A stretch of 64,000 nt of DNA from Candidatus Nomurabacteria bacterium (GCA_023898625.1 CP060231.1:148258-212257); one strand, 5' to 3'; counted from the stretch's first letter, positions 20,826 through 31,378 are shown. A program made the numbers and translations. Notes: generated by a model from the sequence alone, not told the origin.

Positions 20826-21022
20826 GTCTAAAAACCTCCTTATAATGTATTTTCTTGTCAGGAATACTTAAACACAAACTTATTGTTGCGTATACCTGGA
20901 AGATTACCGTAATTATATCTGTTAACTAACAAAAAGTAAAGTATTCTAATTCATGCGCTATGCATTTTTATGATAGTATATACGTATTAAGGTTTAAAAC
21001 TGTTGAGGGGAATTTCTTAGGA

Positions 21023-21844
21023 ATGTTTTTAGCGATTGATGTTGGGGGCACAAAAACATTAGTAGCAGTCTTCACTAATGATGGAAAACTTAAACAGACC
21101 ATAAAGCTCAAAACACCTAAAGATTATGCTAAGTTTATTGGGGCAGTTCATGCTACAGTTAGTCGTCTTGATAACTATAAGTTTCAACAAGCATGCGTAG
21201 CCATACCAGGAAAAATAGATCGAAACTCTGGTGTAGGATTAGCATTCGGTAATCTAGATTGGAAAAATGTAAATATTAAACAGGACTTAAAGAAGTTTAT
21301 CTCTTGCCCAATAGTAATTGAGAATGACGCAAACTTAGCTGGTTTATACGAAGCAAGAAACATCAAAAATGATTATAATCGTGTATTATTTTTGACTGTA
21401 AGTACTGGTATTGGGTCAGGTATTATCATAGACGATATTATTGATTCAGATTTTCAAGATAGTGAAGCTGGTCATATGATGGTCCAGTTTGGTGACAACA
21501 TGATTCCATGGGAAGATGTAGCATCTGGTAGTGCAATCAAAGCTAAGTATAATAAAATGGCTAAAGATATCACCGACCGTCAAATCTGGAAGGATATCAG
21601 TTTTCGTTTGGCTATAGGGATCATGAATCTCATTGCCACAATACAGCCGGAAGTAATCGTGATTGGTGGTGGTGTTGGAACTCATTTTAATAAATTCAAA
21701 ACACCACTCAATCAAGCCTTAAAGAAAATGAGCACTCCTCTCACCCCTATTCCTCCAATAATTCAAGCCAATAAACCCGAGGAAGCTGTTATTTATGGAT
21801 GCTACGAGATGGCGAAAGATACTTATGGTCAAGCTAATAAATAA
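21023..21844 (+). CDS. ROK-family sugar kinase (glucokinase-like)
   Basis: MFLAIDVGGTKT N-terminus, IENDANLAG and GSGIIID blocks. Start trimmed to the internal ATG of ORF 20960..21844. Confidence 0.8.
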   Translation: MFLAIDVGGTKTLVAVFTNDGKLKQTIKLKTPKDYAKFIGAVHATVSRLDNYKFQQACVAIPGKIDRNSGVGLAFGNLDWKNVNIKQDLKKFISCPIVIENDANLAGLYEARNIKNDYNRVLFLTVSTGIGSGIIIDDIIDSDFQDSEAGHMMVQFGDNMIPWEDVASGSAIKAKYNKMAKDITDRQIWKDISFRLAIGIMNLIATIQPEVIVIGGGVGTHFNKFKTPLNQALKKMSTPLTPIPPIIQANKPEEAVIYGCYEMAKDTYGQANK

Positions 21845-22295
21845 GCTATCTAAAGATTTCCCGGATATTCGTTTTATTAGAGGAACTACGTTTATGTGGT
21901 CGCCCTCAAAGAATGCCGTTTATTATCAAGAACAAGGCATTTCCAGAAGCACAGGAATATGGACATTGCTTCATGAACTTGGTCATGCACTAAATAAACA
22001 TAAGAAATACACCTACGATATAGAGCTGATTGAAATGGAAGCTGAAGCTTGGCAAACTGCCCAATATTTATCAAATAAATACAACCAACAAATCAACTAC
22101 AACCATATACAGAACTGTTTGGATACTTATAGAGACTGGGTTCACCTTCGTAGTACCTGCCCTATGTGCGATTCGGTATGTGCGCAAAACACTAAAACCG
22201 AATATTCCTGTCACAACTGTGGACATAGATGGATGGTCTCAAGTGTAAAATTTTGTAGACCCTACCGTCTATCATTGAATTCAACTATTGAATAA
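21825..22295 (+). CDS. Putative zinc metallopeptidase-like protein (HExxH) with C-terminal Cys4 zinc ribbon
   Basis: LLHELGHAL (HExxH) plus CPMCDSVC...CHNCGH. The start is uncertain; the ORF opens at 21795 and overlaps the preceding gene. Confidence 0.5.
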   Translation: MVKLINKLSKDFPDIRFIRGTTFMWSPSKNAVYYQEQGISRSTGIWTLLHELGHALNKHKKYTYDIELIEMEAEAWQTAQYLSNKYNQQINYNHIQNCLDTYRDWVHLRSTCPMCDSVCAQNTKTEYSCHNCGHRWMVSSVKFCRPYRLSLNSTIE

Positions 22296-22356
22296 TTAAT
22301 ATCAAAAATCCACCCACATAAAGTGAATGGATTTTAGATTATTAGCTTATCTTTTT

Positions 22357-22551
22357 CTAAGCTTTTTTTGTACGACGGCTAATGCGTCCACCTTTTGCGC
22401 CTGCAATACGTGCTAGCTCTCGGTTGGCAAAGAACCCGCCAGTGCGACCTTTTTTACCACCAACAGCACCAATCTTTGCATAAAAATCAGAGCCGTATTT
22501 AGCTTTGTTTGTTGCAGCGGCAGCCTTACCGCCAGCTTTTGTTCCAGCCAT
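22357..22551 (-). CDS. KGG-repeat general stress protein
   Basis: Small basic Gly/Ala/Lys-rich ORF with AGGKAAA, GGKKGRTGGF and GAKGGR repeats, like stress-induced KGG-repeat proteins. Start set at the second Met. Confidence 0.7.
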   Translation of the reverse strand: MAGTKAGGKAAAATNKAKYGSDFYAKIGAVGGKKGRTGGFFANRELARIAGAKGGRISRRTKKA

Positions 22552-22734
22552 ATAATGACCTCCCACTTTGATAAATTATTTAGTCTCTCCCACCATTTTT
22601 ACCCTAAAGAAACAAAAAAGTCCCACAAAATGGAACCCTCGTTTCTTTCGAATATGCTTATGATATCACTTCATCTAGTTAATGTCAATAGCTCCAATAA
22701 CTTCATGGTGTTTTGTACATATTAAATTGATAAT

Positions 22735-24765
22735 TTGTTTAACGGTTTACATAATGATAGAATTAATCTGAGTCGTAAAAACAAAAACATTATTAAATCT
22801 ATGGTTACTATACCAACCCCAATAACACCCGTATCGGCAAGTTCGTCGGGCGTTATTCTACACAACAAACGCAAGGCATTTATCAAAACATTGATTATTG
22901 CCGTCTTTATTGTTGTAGGAATAATAACGTTAGCATACAACGCCAGTCTTGTCTTACCTAGGTCAATCAATTTTGCTTTTTCAGAAACAACATGCTTTTT
23001 TCAGCCTATTGCTCTCCCTAACGTCTTCGGTGCGCAATCAAATGACTTTAACATAGAGTTCTCAGACGGCATTAGTATCAGTAATAAAGATATTTTTACA
23101 ACAAAAGTATGTGCGTCTCCAAAAAATGCCCCTCAAGAAAACTCAAAGTCAACTGTAACTATAGCCCTTTTTAACTTAGTACCTATAAAAAAGATAACTA
23201 TTAACTCTGGTAAATATCCTTCAATCGACACCAGTGCGCTTAATTCACCAATAGCAACCACAAAGCCAATTCAACTGAGCACCAACAAAGAAACTTCCAT
23301 ATTTTCATACCAATTAGTTTCCGAGAGTAACAGAACTAACTGCTCCATACAACAGCTAACCATTCTGTGTCCGTTGCAAGAGTTAAGCCTAACCCCTGGA
23401 TCAAAACCTACTTTGAAAATCAACCGAACCTATAGTGGAAATCTTGTTGATTCTGTATTCAACAATCAGATACAAACTCTAGACCCAATTAACATTGTTG
23501 GTGGCAATATACTCAATAATTCAACAATTTATGATAAAGCAGAGACTCTAGAAATAGCATTTGATAAACCCCTAAGCAAAGTAGATAAGCCACTACTATC
23601 GCTTATAGATAAAAACTCAACAACTCCACTAGAGACATCATACACCATCAATAATAATAAGCTTATTATTAAGCCGAAAGACCCTTTAAAACGTCGTAGC
23701 AAATATTCATTCAAACTAGACCAAGCCATTTCAACAACCGATAACACCTTGCTTTCTGCTTACAGTTCTGAATTTAATGTTTCAGGTGGTCCAAGCGTTA
23801 TCGGCAACAATACAGGATCCTATGGGTTTAACCCATCAAGTAATATTACTATTAAATTCAATCAAAATATAAATTCATCTACCAAACTAACTGATGTAAT
23901 CGATGTATCTGGCGTTAATCAAGCTCTACTAAAAATTTCTGCTACAAACAATATGATCACCATTAATCCCACTACTAATTTACCAAGTTGTACGAGTATA
24001 AATATAAAAATAAATGGATCAATTCAAAACCAATACGGTGTAGATGGCGACTCCGCCTGGAATCACACCTTCCGAACTTTATGTAGAAGAACCAGTCAAA
24101 TTGGTACCAGCGCTCAAGGTAGAGCAATACTTGCACACTGGTATGGTTCAGGATCCAGTATGGTTATGTTTGTTGGTGGAATTCACGGAAATGAAAAAAG
24201 CTCAACGCTAACTATGGAGTCTTGGCTCGATGAACTTGAGAGATATGCCGACCGAATACCCGCAAACAGAACAATAGTCGTAATTACTAATGCCAATCCC
24301 GATGGATACGCCGGTAATTCTCGATTTAACGCCAACGGAGTAGATCTAAACAGGAATTTCCCTTCAGATAACTGGAGTGCAAATGTTACTGGCCCAGGAT
24401 ACACAAATAAGATTAACGGGGGTGGAACATCTCCGCTATCTGAACCAGAATCTTCATCTCTGGCAAATTTCGTTAATCAATACCGCCCCAGAGCAGTATT
24501 GTCTTTTCATGCTGTGGCATCCATAGTTAGTCCAAATGGAACAGCCGACTCCACTGCCATTGCCCAACTTTACACCTCAAAAGCACCTTACAGATATGCA
24601 GACGCATCTCAAACAGACGCAACTCTAGGTTACACAACTACTGGTGATTTTGAATTTTGGCTACGAGACAAAGGTATACCAAATATTTTGATTGAACAGT
24701 CGACTTTTGCTAAAAATGAATTTTCTAAAAATCGCGACGCACTTTGGCTTATGGTTAGATTGTAA
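22735..24765 (+). CDS. Membrane-anchored protein with Ig-like repeats and a C-terminal M14 zinc carboxypeptidase domain
   Basis: 676-aa ORF. N-terminal TM helix IIAVFIVVGIITLAY. C-terminal GGIHGNEKSS...NANPDGY...VDLNRNF...LSFHA motifs of the M14 family. An alternative start at 22801 is possible. Confidence 0.75.
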   Translation: MFNGLHNDRINLSRKNKNIIKSMVTIPTPITPVSASSSGVILHNKRKAFIKTLIIAVFIVVGIITLAYNASLVLPRSINFAFSETTCFFQPIALPNVFGAQSNDFNIEFSDGISISNKDIFTTKVCASPKNAPQENSKSTVTIALFNLVPIKKITINSGKYPSIDTSALNSPIATTKPIQLSTNKETSIFSYQLVSESNRTNCSIQQLTILCPLQELSLTPGSKPTLKINRTYSGNLVDSVFNNQIQTLDPINIVGGNILNNSTIYDKAETLEIAFDKPLSKVDKPLLSLIDKNSTTPLETSYTINNNKLIIKPKDPLKRRSKYSFKLDQAISTTDNTLLSAYSSEFNVSGGPSVIGNNTGSYGFNPSSNITIKFNQNINSSTKLTDVIDVSGVNQALLKISATNNMITINPTTNLPSCTSINIKINGSIQNQYGVDGDSAWNHTFRTLCRRTSQIGTSAQGRAILAHWYGSGSSMVMFVGGIHGNEKSSTLTMESWLDELERYADRIPANRTIVVITNANPDGYAGNSRFNANGVDLNRNFPSDNWSANVTGPGYTNKINGGGTSPLSEPESSSLANFVNQYRPRAVLSFHAVASIVSPNGTADSTAIAQLYTSKAPYRYADASQTDATLGYTTTGDFEFWLRDKGIPNILIEQSTFAKNEFSKNRDALWLMVRL

Positions 24766-24779
24766 TAAAATCTGGCCGA

Positions 24780-25151
24780 TTATTGCGGTATTGAGTTCCA
24801 AAAACACAGCTTATATCCATCAGGGTCTTTTAAGATAAACTCTCTGTTTCCCCATTCCCAGTTACGAGGTTTTGTGGCTGGTTTTAGCCCAATTTTTTCC
24901 TGACGATTATATTCGGCATCAACATCATCTACTTTAATATAAACATACATCCCCTTACCTTTAATGCCCGATAGAGAATCTCCATTAAACTCATCTTCAT
25001 CACGCATATTTACAAGTGTTATACTGAACTCCCCTAGCTGTATCTCGGAATATGTATCCGTTGATACTAAAACTTCAAACCCGAGCTTTTTATAAAACTT
25101 CTCTGATATTTTATTCTCTTGAACCCACAATAATATATTCGTAAATCTCAT
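24780..25151 (-). CDS. VOC/glyoxalase-bleomycin resistance family protein
   Basis: 123-aa ORF. ...FYKKLGFEV... and ...FILKDPDGYKLCF... are typical VOC fold ends. Confidence 0.8.
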   Translation of the reverse strand: MRFTNILLWVQENKISEKFYKKLGFEVLVSTDTYSEIQLGEFSITLVNMRDEDEFNGDSLSGIKGKGMYVYIKVDDVDAEYNRQEKIGLKPATKPRNWEWGNREFILKDPDGYKLCFWNSIPQ

Positions 25152-25609
25152 TGGTTTTCTCCTATGAACCCACCTACATATTTAAAAAAATACACCTTTT
25201 CATTATTGACATAAATTTCTTCTGTTCCGGAGAGCTTATCAAGTGTACCGTTAGCATCGCAAATATACATAAAATTGCCGTAATCTTTTTCAACATGATT
25301 ATAAATTCGAGTAGTTTCCCATAAATCAATCAGTGCTTTTCTAAGCATCGTGTCAGTCTGCTCCTCTGTCATCCCTGAAAAATCCCCAAAATATGACATT
25401 GACCATACTGGTCTACTTTTATAAAACACCGTTTCTAACCCCGGAAATATGCCATTGCCTATATAATAGATATCCTGATAGGAATAATCCCCCTCTTGGA
25501 ATTCATACTGAACGGAATCAGGCAAAAGTGGTTTTGATGTGCCCGTGCCTGTGGCATACGTCTTGGTTCTTGCCTTCAGCAAGAACTTCTCTAGTTCTCG
25601 TTTATTCAT
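25148..25609 (-). CDS. Hypothetical protein
   Basis: ORF 25148..25645 trimmed to MNKRELEKFLLKARTKTYATGTG.... ATGA stop/start overlap with the VOC gene. Confidence 0.55.
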   Translation of the reverse strand: MNKRELEKFLLKARTKTYATGTGTSKPLLPDSVQYEFQEGDYSYQDIYYIGNGIFPGLETVFYKSRPVWSMSYFGDFSGMTEEQTDTMLRKALIDLWETTRIYNHVEKDYGNFMYICDANGTLDKLSGTEEIYVNNEKVYFFKYVGGFIGENQ

Positions 25610-25688
25610 GACCCCTATTCTGATAAACTTCAGTAACCATTTCACTGTCTCTTTAACAACACATGTATTTGTCTGTTATGATATGTAT

Positions 25689-26081
25689 ATGAAGAATCAG
25701 GTCATATCAAGCAAGGCGCCTCAAGCTCCAAATATTTTGTCTCAAGCCATTGAGTCTAATGGATTAATTTTTGTTTCTGGTCAGATTCATAATACTCATA
25801 CCGGGACTCTTATAGAAGGCTCGGTTAACAAGAAAATGGAGCAGATATTTCAGAATATTAAAGAAATTCTTTCTGAAGCTAATTCAAACCTAAACAACAT
25901 TGTAAAGGTTACTATTTATGTAACAGAAATGTCGCAAATGGAAGAAATCAATGATATATACCCAACCTTTTTTACTGAGCCATACCCCGCAAGAGAAGCA
26001 ATTTGTGTTAAAGAATTACCCCTGAATGCAACGATTGAGATTAGTGTAATTGCGACTACCCCGTTTAATCCCCACGGGTAA
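25689..26081 (+). CDS. ridA: RidA/YjgF family reactive-intermediate deaminase
   Basis: MKNQVISSKAPQAPNILSQAIESNGLIFVSGQI...PAREAICVKELPLNATIEI is the YjgF signature. The N-terminal extension of ORF 25539..26081 overlaps the divergent gene and was trimmed. Confidence 0.9.
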   Translation: MKNQVISSKAPQAPNILSQAIESNGLIFVSGQIHNTHTGTLIEGSVNKKMEQIFQNIKEILSEANSNLNNIVKVTIYVTEMSQMEEINDIYPTFFTEPYPAREAICVKELPLNATIEISVIATTPFNPHG

Positions 26082-26103
26082 AAATAAAATCTGCAAAAAG
26101 AAA

Positions 26104-26124
26104 AACCACCCTTTAAGGGTGGTT
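26104..26124 (-). terminator. Rho-independent terminator of the 23S-5S unit (also follows ridA on the other strand)
   Basis: AACCACCC / GGGTGGTT stem with a TTTAA loop. On the minus strand it is followed by TTTTTCTTTTT. Confidence 0.7.
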
Positions 26125-26134
26125 ATTTCTATAA

Positions 26135-26251
26135 TTCGGCACCGTGCTATTTTCCCAGGGCTTGATGACCCAAGTATTGTAACCGCAGAGAGGCTTAACT
26201 GCTGTGTTCGGCATGGGAACAGGTGTTTCCCTCTCGCTATGGGCACCGACC
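26135..26251 (-). rRNA. rrf: 5S ribosomal RNA
   Basis: Reverse complement reads TCGGTGCCCATAGCGAGAGGGAAACACCTGTTCCCATGCCGAACACAGCAGTTAAGCCTCTCTGCGGT...GCACGGTGCCGAA. It carries the CCCATGCCGAACACAG and GTTAAGC 5S blocks, and the terminal helix pairs. Confidence 0.9.
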
Positions 26252-26756
26252 TGGTATTTTGTACCGTTTATATCTGTTTCCAGCAAAGCTAAAACTCTGA
26301 TATAAGCTCTGAGTAAATCGCTTCATCAGTAACGCTCGTCACTCGCTTCTCGCTACTTCCTTGCGCTTCATCTCAGTACAAAAATCCAGGACTGATGTCC
26401 AAATTACATTTTGCATGATAGATTGTTAACAAACACGGATATGTACACGTTGTGTGATACACACCAATAACTAGCCAATTGTCCATATTTTCTAAAGTCA
26501 CACCTCTGTTAAATTACTTTAACATTGATTGTGGCTTTAGTTCATAAAAAGTCGATGGATCTATTAGTACGCTTTGGCTGAATGTATTGCTACACGTACA
26601 CCTTGCGCCTATCAACCTGATCGTCTTTCAGGGATCTCCATAGGGAAATGCAATCTTGGGATTAGTTTCGCGCTTAATATGCTTTCAGCGCTTATCTAGA
26701 CCGCACTTAGCTACCCAGCAATGCCTGTAGGTCAGACAACTGGTACACCAGCGGTG

Positions 26757-26789
<33 letters not shown>

Positions 26790-26825
26790 TTCCCTCACAT
26801 TTCCTATTGTCCACATCGGATATAA

Positions 26826-26859
<34 letters not shown>

Positions 26860-26887
26860 ACGTACCTCTTTAACCGGCGAACAGCCG

Positions 26888-26918
<31 letters not shown>

Positions 26919-26977
26919 AGATGAGCCGACATCGAGGTGCCAAACAGCGCCGTCTATGTGAACTATTGGGCGCTATA

Positions 26978-27010
<33 letters not shown>

Positions 27011-27688
27011 TGCGTTGCCGATTCCACACTCATATACATAATGTATGGACAACGGGTCACTTACTCCCACTTTCGTGCCTGCTTGGCTTGTAGGCCTCAC
27101 AGTCAAGCTGGCTTATGCGTATGCACTATCACTACGATTTCCATCCGTAGCTAGCCAACCTTTGAACGCCTCCGCTACTCTTTAGGAGGCAACCGCCCCA
27201 GTTAAACTACCCACCAGACACTGTCCTCGAACCGGATAACGGTCCAAGTAAGAACAAAGTAACAACAAGGGTGGTATTTCACTGAAGACTCCACCATCGC
27301 TAGCGCGTTGGCTTCATAGTCTCCCACCTATGCTACACATGTTGTCACCCAGCTCAATGTCAAGCTGTAGTAAAGCTCCACGGGGTCTTTTCGTCCTGAT
27401 GCGGACAGACGGCATCTTTACCGCCAATGCACTTTCACCGAGTCCCTTCTTGAGACAGTACCCATATCATTACTCCATTCGTGCGGGTCAGAACTTACCT
27501 GACAAGGAATTTCGCTACCTTAGGACGGTTATAGTTACCGCCGCCGTTCACTGGGGCTTCAGTTCGCACCGTGAAGCGCTCCCCTTAACCTTCCAGCACC
27601 GGGCAGGAGTCAGCCCCTATACATCCACTTTCGTGTTAGCAGAGACCTGTGTTTTTGGTAAACAGTTGCTTGGGTTCTTTCGCTGCGG

Positions 27689-27835
27689 CCCCGTCACCAT
27701 ACTTACAAGTCGGTTAACGAAGCACAAGCTTCCAGAATTAATTTGTTTTGTCTCGATTTATCTCGATAGAATCATATATTTTAACTCTATTAATCTTGAA
27801 AACTTGGCTAGTCACTTATAAACATAGTGACGGGG
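27689..27835 (-). other. 23S insertion/expansion at the helix-63-equivalent site (about 147 nt, AT-rich)
   Basis: Bounded by CCCCGTCACCATA / TATGGTGACGGGG-type pairing (rc: GCCCCGTCACTATG...TATGGTGACGGGGC). Located between the conserved CCGTAACTT...AGG and CAACTGTTTACCAAAAACACAG blocks, where E. coli has about 50 nt. Confidence 0.8.
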
Positions 27836-28848
27836 CAGACCTTATCCCTAAGTTACGGTCGCTGTATTGCCGAGTTCCTTGACGAAGAATCACTCGTACA
27901 CCTTGGTCTTCTCGACCTGAGCACCTGTGTCGGTTTGCGGTACGGGCGGCCATAGACACACGCTTGGAAGCTTTTCTAGTCAGTACTTTCACAAGAATCA
28001 AGCCCGTAAGGGCCCTTTCATTCCCACTTATTAAGGTGGTTAGACGGGTATAACCATGAACCCGCTCTTACTAATATACCGCGCACTCCAAGCAATCTAT
28101 AACCGGTACAGGAATATTAACCTGTTGTCCATCGCCTACGCTACGCGCCTCGGCTTAGGCCCGACTAACCCTGGGACGATTACCGTGGCCCAGGAAACCT
28201 CGCTCTTTCGGTGGGCAGGATTCTCACCTGCCTTATGGTTACTCATTCCAGCATTCTCACTTGATACCACTCCACCAGACCTCGCAGTCTGACTTCAGCG
28301 CTGATATCAACGCTCCTCTACCACTGTACAAAGTACAGTCCACAGCTTCGGTAATACACTTAGCCCCGTTACATTTTCCGCGCGGGATCTCTTGACGAGT
28401 GAGCTGTTACGCACTCTTTAAATGAATGGCTGCTTCTAAGCCAACATCCTCGTTGTCCAAGAAATCCTACCTCGTTTCCCACTTAGTGTATATTTAGGGA
28501 CCTTAGCTGGTGGTCTGGGCTGTTTCCCTTTTGAGCGTGGAGCTTAGCCCCCACGTTCTAACTGCCGTAGTTCCACATTCCGTATTCGTAGTTTGTCAAG
28601 GGTGGGTAATCTTGCGACCCCCAGTCCGAAACAGAGCTCTACCCCAGAATGCTACCGTACGACGCTAGCCCTAAAGCTATTTCGAGGAGAACCAGCTATC
28701 TCCAGGTTCGATTGGCATTTCACCGCTAACCACAGGTCATCCGGGCGTGTTGCAACTCGCTACGGTTCGGTCCTCCACGCAGTTTTACCTGCGCTTCAAC
28801 CTGCCCATGGTTAGGTCACCTGGTTTCGGGTCTACTCCTATATACTCT

Positions 28849-29010
28849 AGGCATATCCTCGCTGGACAAAATATGTCTGTGAGCACAGATCACAAGGTTT
28901 TGACTTTGTAAAAGTTTTTTAACGTATTGACTTATACGTTTCAAAAATTTTACTTTGTCAAAATCAGTGTTATGCGTTCACAGGCTGTTTTGCTCAGTGA
29001 GGATATGCCT
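28849..29010 (-). other. 23S intervening-sequence-like insertion at the helix-25 site (about 160 nt)
   Basis: Inserted between GAATAGGGCG and AGTAGACCCGAAACC. Closed by AGGCATATCCTC...GAGGATATGCCT. An internal long hairpin is GACTTTGTAAAAGTTTTTT...AAAAATTTTACTTTGTC. Confidence 0.8.
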
Positions 29011-29439
29011 TCGCCCTATTCAGGCTCGCTTTCACTACGCCTCCGCCAAATGGCTTAAGCTCGCATATAAGAATAACTCGCTGGATCGTTCTACAAAAAG
29101 CACGCCATCACCCCGAAGGGCTCTGACTCCTTGTACGCACATAATTTCAGGTTCTATTTCACTCCCCTCCCGGGGTTCTTTTCGCCTTTCCCTCACGGTA
29201 CTTGTTCACTATCGATCATAAGATATATTTAGCCTTGGAACGTGGTCGTCCCAGATTCAAACAGGGTTTCTCGTGTCCCGTTCTACTCGACAATAATAAA
29301 TATAAGGTTGCGAATACTTAACATACCGGGCTATCACCGTCTTTGGCTAGTCTTTCCAGACTATTCTGCTCGCTTCGCAATTTCTGACCTTATGCAAGTT
29401 CGTGGTAGCACTTGCTTCCACTACGGATTTCCTAAATAA

Positions 29440-29640
29440 TTTAGGCTCTCCGTAGTAGTTGTTTACTATGTCACAACCCCTGTAATACATTCGTCTACCA
29501 ACTTATCGGATATAAGACAAAACCTACGGTTTTTTCTTATCGCGCCAGGCAAAAAATGCGATTTTTGCTTGGGCTTATCTTATTCCCTATAACAGGACCA
29601 TAAGCTTAATCCCATATCCGAAGTATTAAAGGTTTGGGCT
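29440..29640 (-). other. 23S domain I insertion (about 170 nt extra)
   Basis: Lies between GTAGTGGCGAGCGAAACTGGAATAGCCCAAACC and TCTGGAAAGACTAGCCAAAGACGGTGATAGCCCGGTA (rc). E. coli has about 80 nt here, this gene about 250. Confidence 0.75.
29513..29578 (-). repeat. Two-hairpin module, copy inside the 23S domain I insertion
   Basis: Plus strand TAAGACAAAACCTACGGTTTTTTCTTATCGCGCCAGGCAAAAAATGCGATTTTTGCTTGGGCTTATC aligns with 34232-34295. Confidence 0.7.
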
Positions 29641-30122
29641 ATTCCAGTTTCGCTCGCCACTACTCCCAGAATCATTGGTTATTTTCTCTTCCTCGAGGTA
29701 CTAAGATGTTTCAGTTCCCCCGGTTCCCTCTTCTTACCCTATGTGTTCAGATAAGAGTTACTAGGCATGACCCCAGTAGGGTTTCCCCATTCGGAAATCT
29801 TCGGTTCAAAGCTTGTTTGACAGCTCCCCGAAGCTTATCGCAGTCTACTACGTCCTTCATCGGTATCTTATGTCAAGGCATCCATTGTGTGCGCTTGAGT
29901 AACTTTTTATGAATATATGTATGCATTTGGCTAGTTATTGGTTAGTACCAATAAATGCCGTGCTTGTCTTTACATCTATCTCTAAATCTCTAAAATCTTG
30001 ATTGTTAAGTTTCTAAACTCACGCTAATCATACCCATACAATAATGATTATGATCGTTTCTTGAGTTTACATTTGAAGTCGATTCCTCTAGACCTCTGAT
30101 CTAAACTCAAGATAGCTATACA

Positions 30123-30151
30123 AGTTTATCAACTAAAACAGAGGTAGTCAA
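30123..30151 (-). promoter_or_regulatory. Sigma-70-like promoter candidate for the 23S-5S unit
   Basis: Minus strand TTGACT (30151-30146), 17-nt spacer, TAAACT (30128-30123), about 180 nt upstream of the 23S processing stem. Confidence 0.4.
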
Positions 30152-30220
30152 CCATATTTTAATGTAATCATTACCACACTATAACTACTGTTAATTACTT
30201 TTCTAGCACGACTCCTGGAA

Positions 30221-31378
30221 TTATTGCTCCCAACAAGCCCAAAGTATTTTTTCTGTAACTGCATAGTTTTCAGGCTTCTTCATTGCCATTCTACCCTTAC
30301 TCTTAGCATCCGGACAAGCACCAGTTGCATTACCTCTGTATTCTACCTGACCAACCCACAATCCTTTGTTCGTGGCTGGATTCAAATCATCGCATTCACC
30401 GTATTGCTGACATTCTTCATTAAGAATCCCGTCTGGCACACACAGACCTGGTTTACAATAGACAATACCAGTAGGTTCTGTCACCTGTTGGTCTGTTAAT
30501 TCCACGCCATTCTTGCTAATGGCAGTTAACCCTCTTTGGTGAGCTTGATAATAATACTCACGATACAGTCGTAATGAATGAGCTTCAGTAATATTAAAGG
30601 TTTTATCGTTTCCGTAACTATTAATCTGATCGCCCTCAACACCATCACAGCCAATTTTTTTTGCTACATCAAGACGAGCCCACATAATCGGTGCCCAATA
30701 TTGCCAAGAATTTTCTTTAATATCCATCCAATACTCACCCTCAAAAGTACCGCCGGCTGAATCTTCTGATGTTCCACCAATAACATCTACATTTGCATAT
30801 GATGCTGGCCCATTGTATGGAATACTCCCCCGGCTATTATTTCCTGAGCCCCACTTTCCAGGAAATAGCGAAGCATCTGGCTCATATGTCTCATAAGCCC
30901 CTATATCCATATAACAAATAACCTTTTTTCCAGATGACTTAAGAGCTGTAAATGCATCTGCATTCTTGCCTTTTGGCCAAGTTACTGTTCTTGTCTCTCC
31001 ATTAGCCCAAGTTACCGTTTGGGTAGTATTGCCTGGGATTGCATCAGTAAGATCAATATCCCACATATCGAAGCGATTAAGATTAGCTGCATCTACGGTA
31101 ATACCACCTTCAAGAACCCACTGCCAGCGGGTATTTTGAGCTGGTTTCCACCAAGAGCTTTGAGATGCTTGTCCAAATTTTATAGCTTTTCCGCCAGAAG
31201 CAGACGAATCTGCAATTACTAATTTACTGTCAGCCCCTTTTTCTGCTTCAATTTCAATCGAATATGTTCCAGCTTTAGCGACTAAAATGGCAATAAATCC
31301 AATTATGGCAATGAATAATATTACAAAAATCTTCTTATTTTCTATTAATTTTCTAAGGCTAATTTTAACTTTTTTCAT
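30221..31378 (-). CDS. Secreted/membrane-anchored glycoside hydrolase family 114 (endo-alpha-1,4-polygalactosaminidase-like)
   Basis: 385-aa ORF with N-terminal TM helix. GH114 blocks RWQWVL, MWDIDL, KKVICYMDIGAYETYEPD, GEYWMDIK and GCDGVEGDQINSY. Confidence 0.78.
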   Translation of the reverse strand: MKKVKISLRKLIENKKIFVILFIAIIGFIAILVAKAGTYSIEIEAEKGADSKLVIADSSASGGKAIKFGQASQSSWWKPAQNTRWQWVLEGGITVDAANLNRFDMWDIDLTDAIPGNTTQTVTWANGETRTVTWPKGKNADAFTALKSSGKKVICYMDIGAYETYEPDASLFPGKWGSGNNSRGSIPYNGPASYANVDVIGGTSEDSAGGTFEGEYWMDIKENSWQYWAPIMWARLDVAKKIGCDGVEGDQINSYGNDKTFNITEAHSLRLYREYYYQAHQRGLTAISKNGVELTDQQVTEPTGIVYCKPGLCVPDGILNEECQQYGECDDLNPATNKGLWVGQVEYRGNATGACPDAKSKGRMAMKKPENYAVTEKILWACWEQ

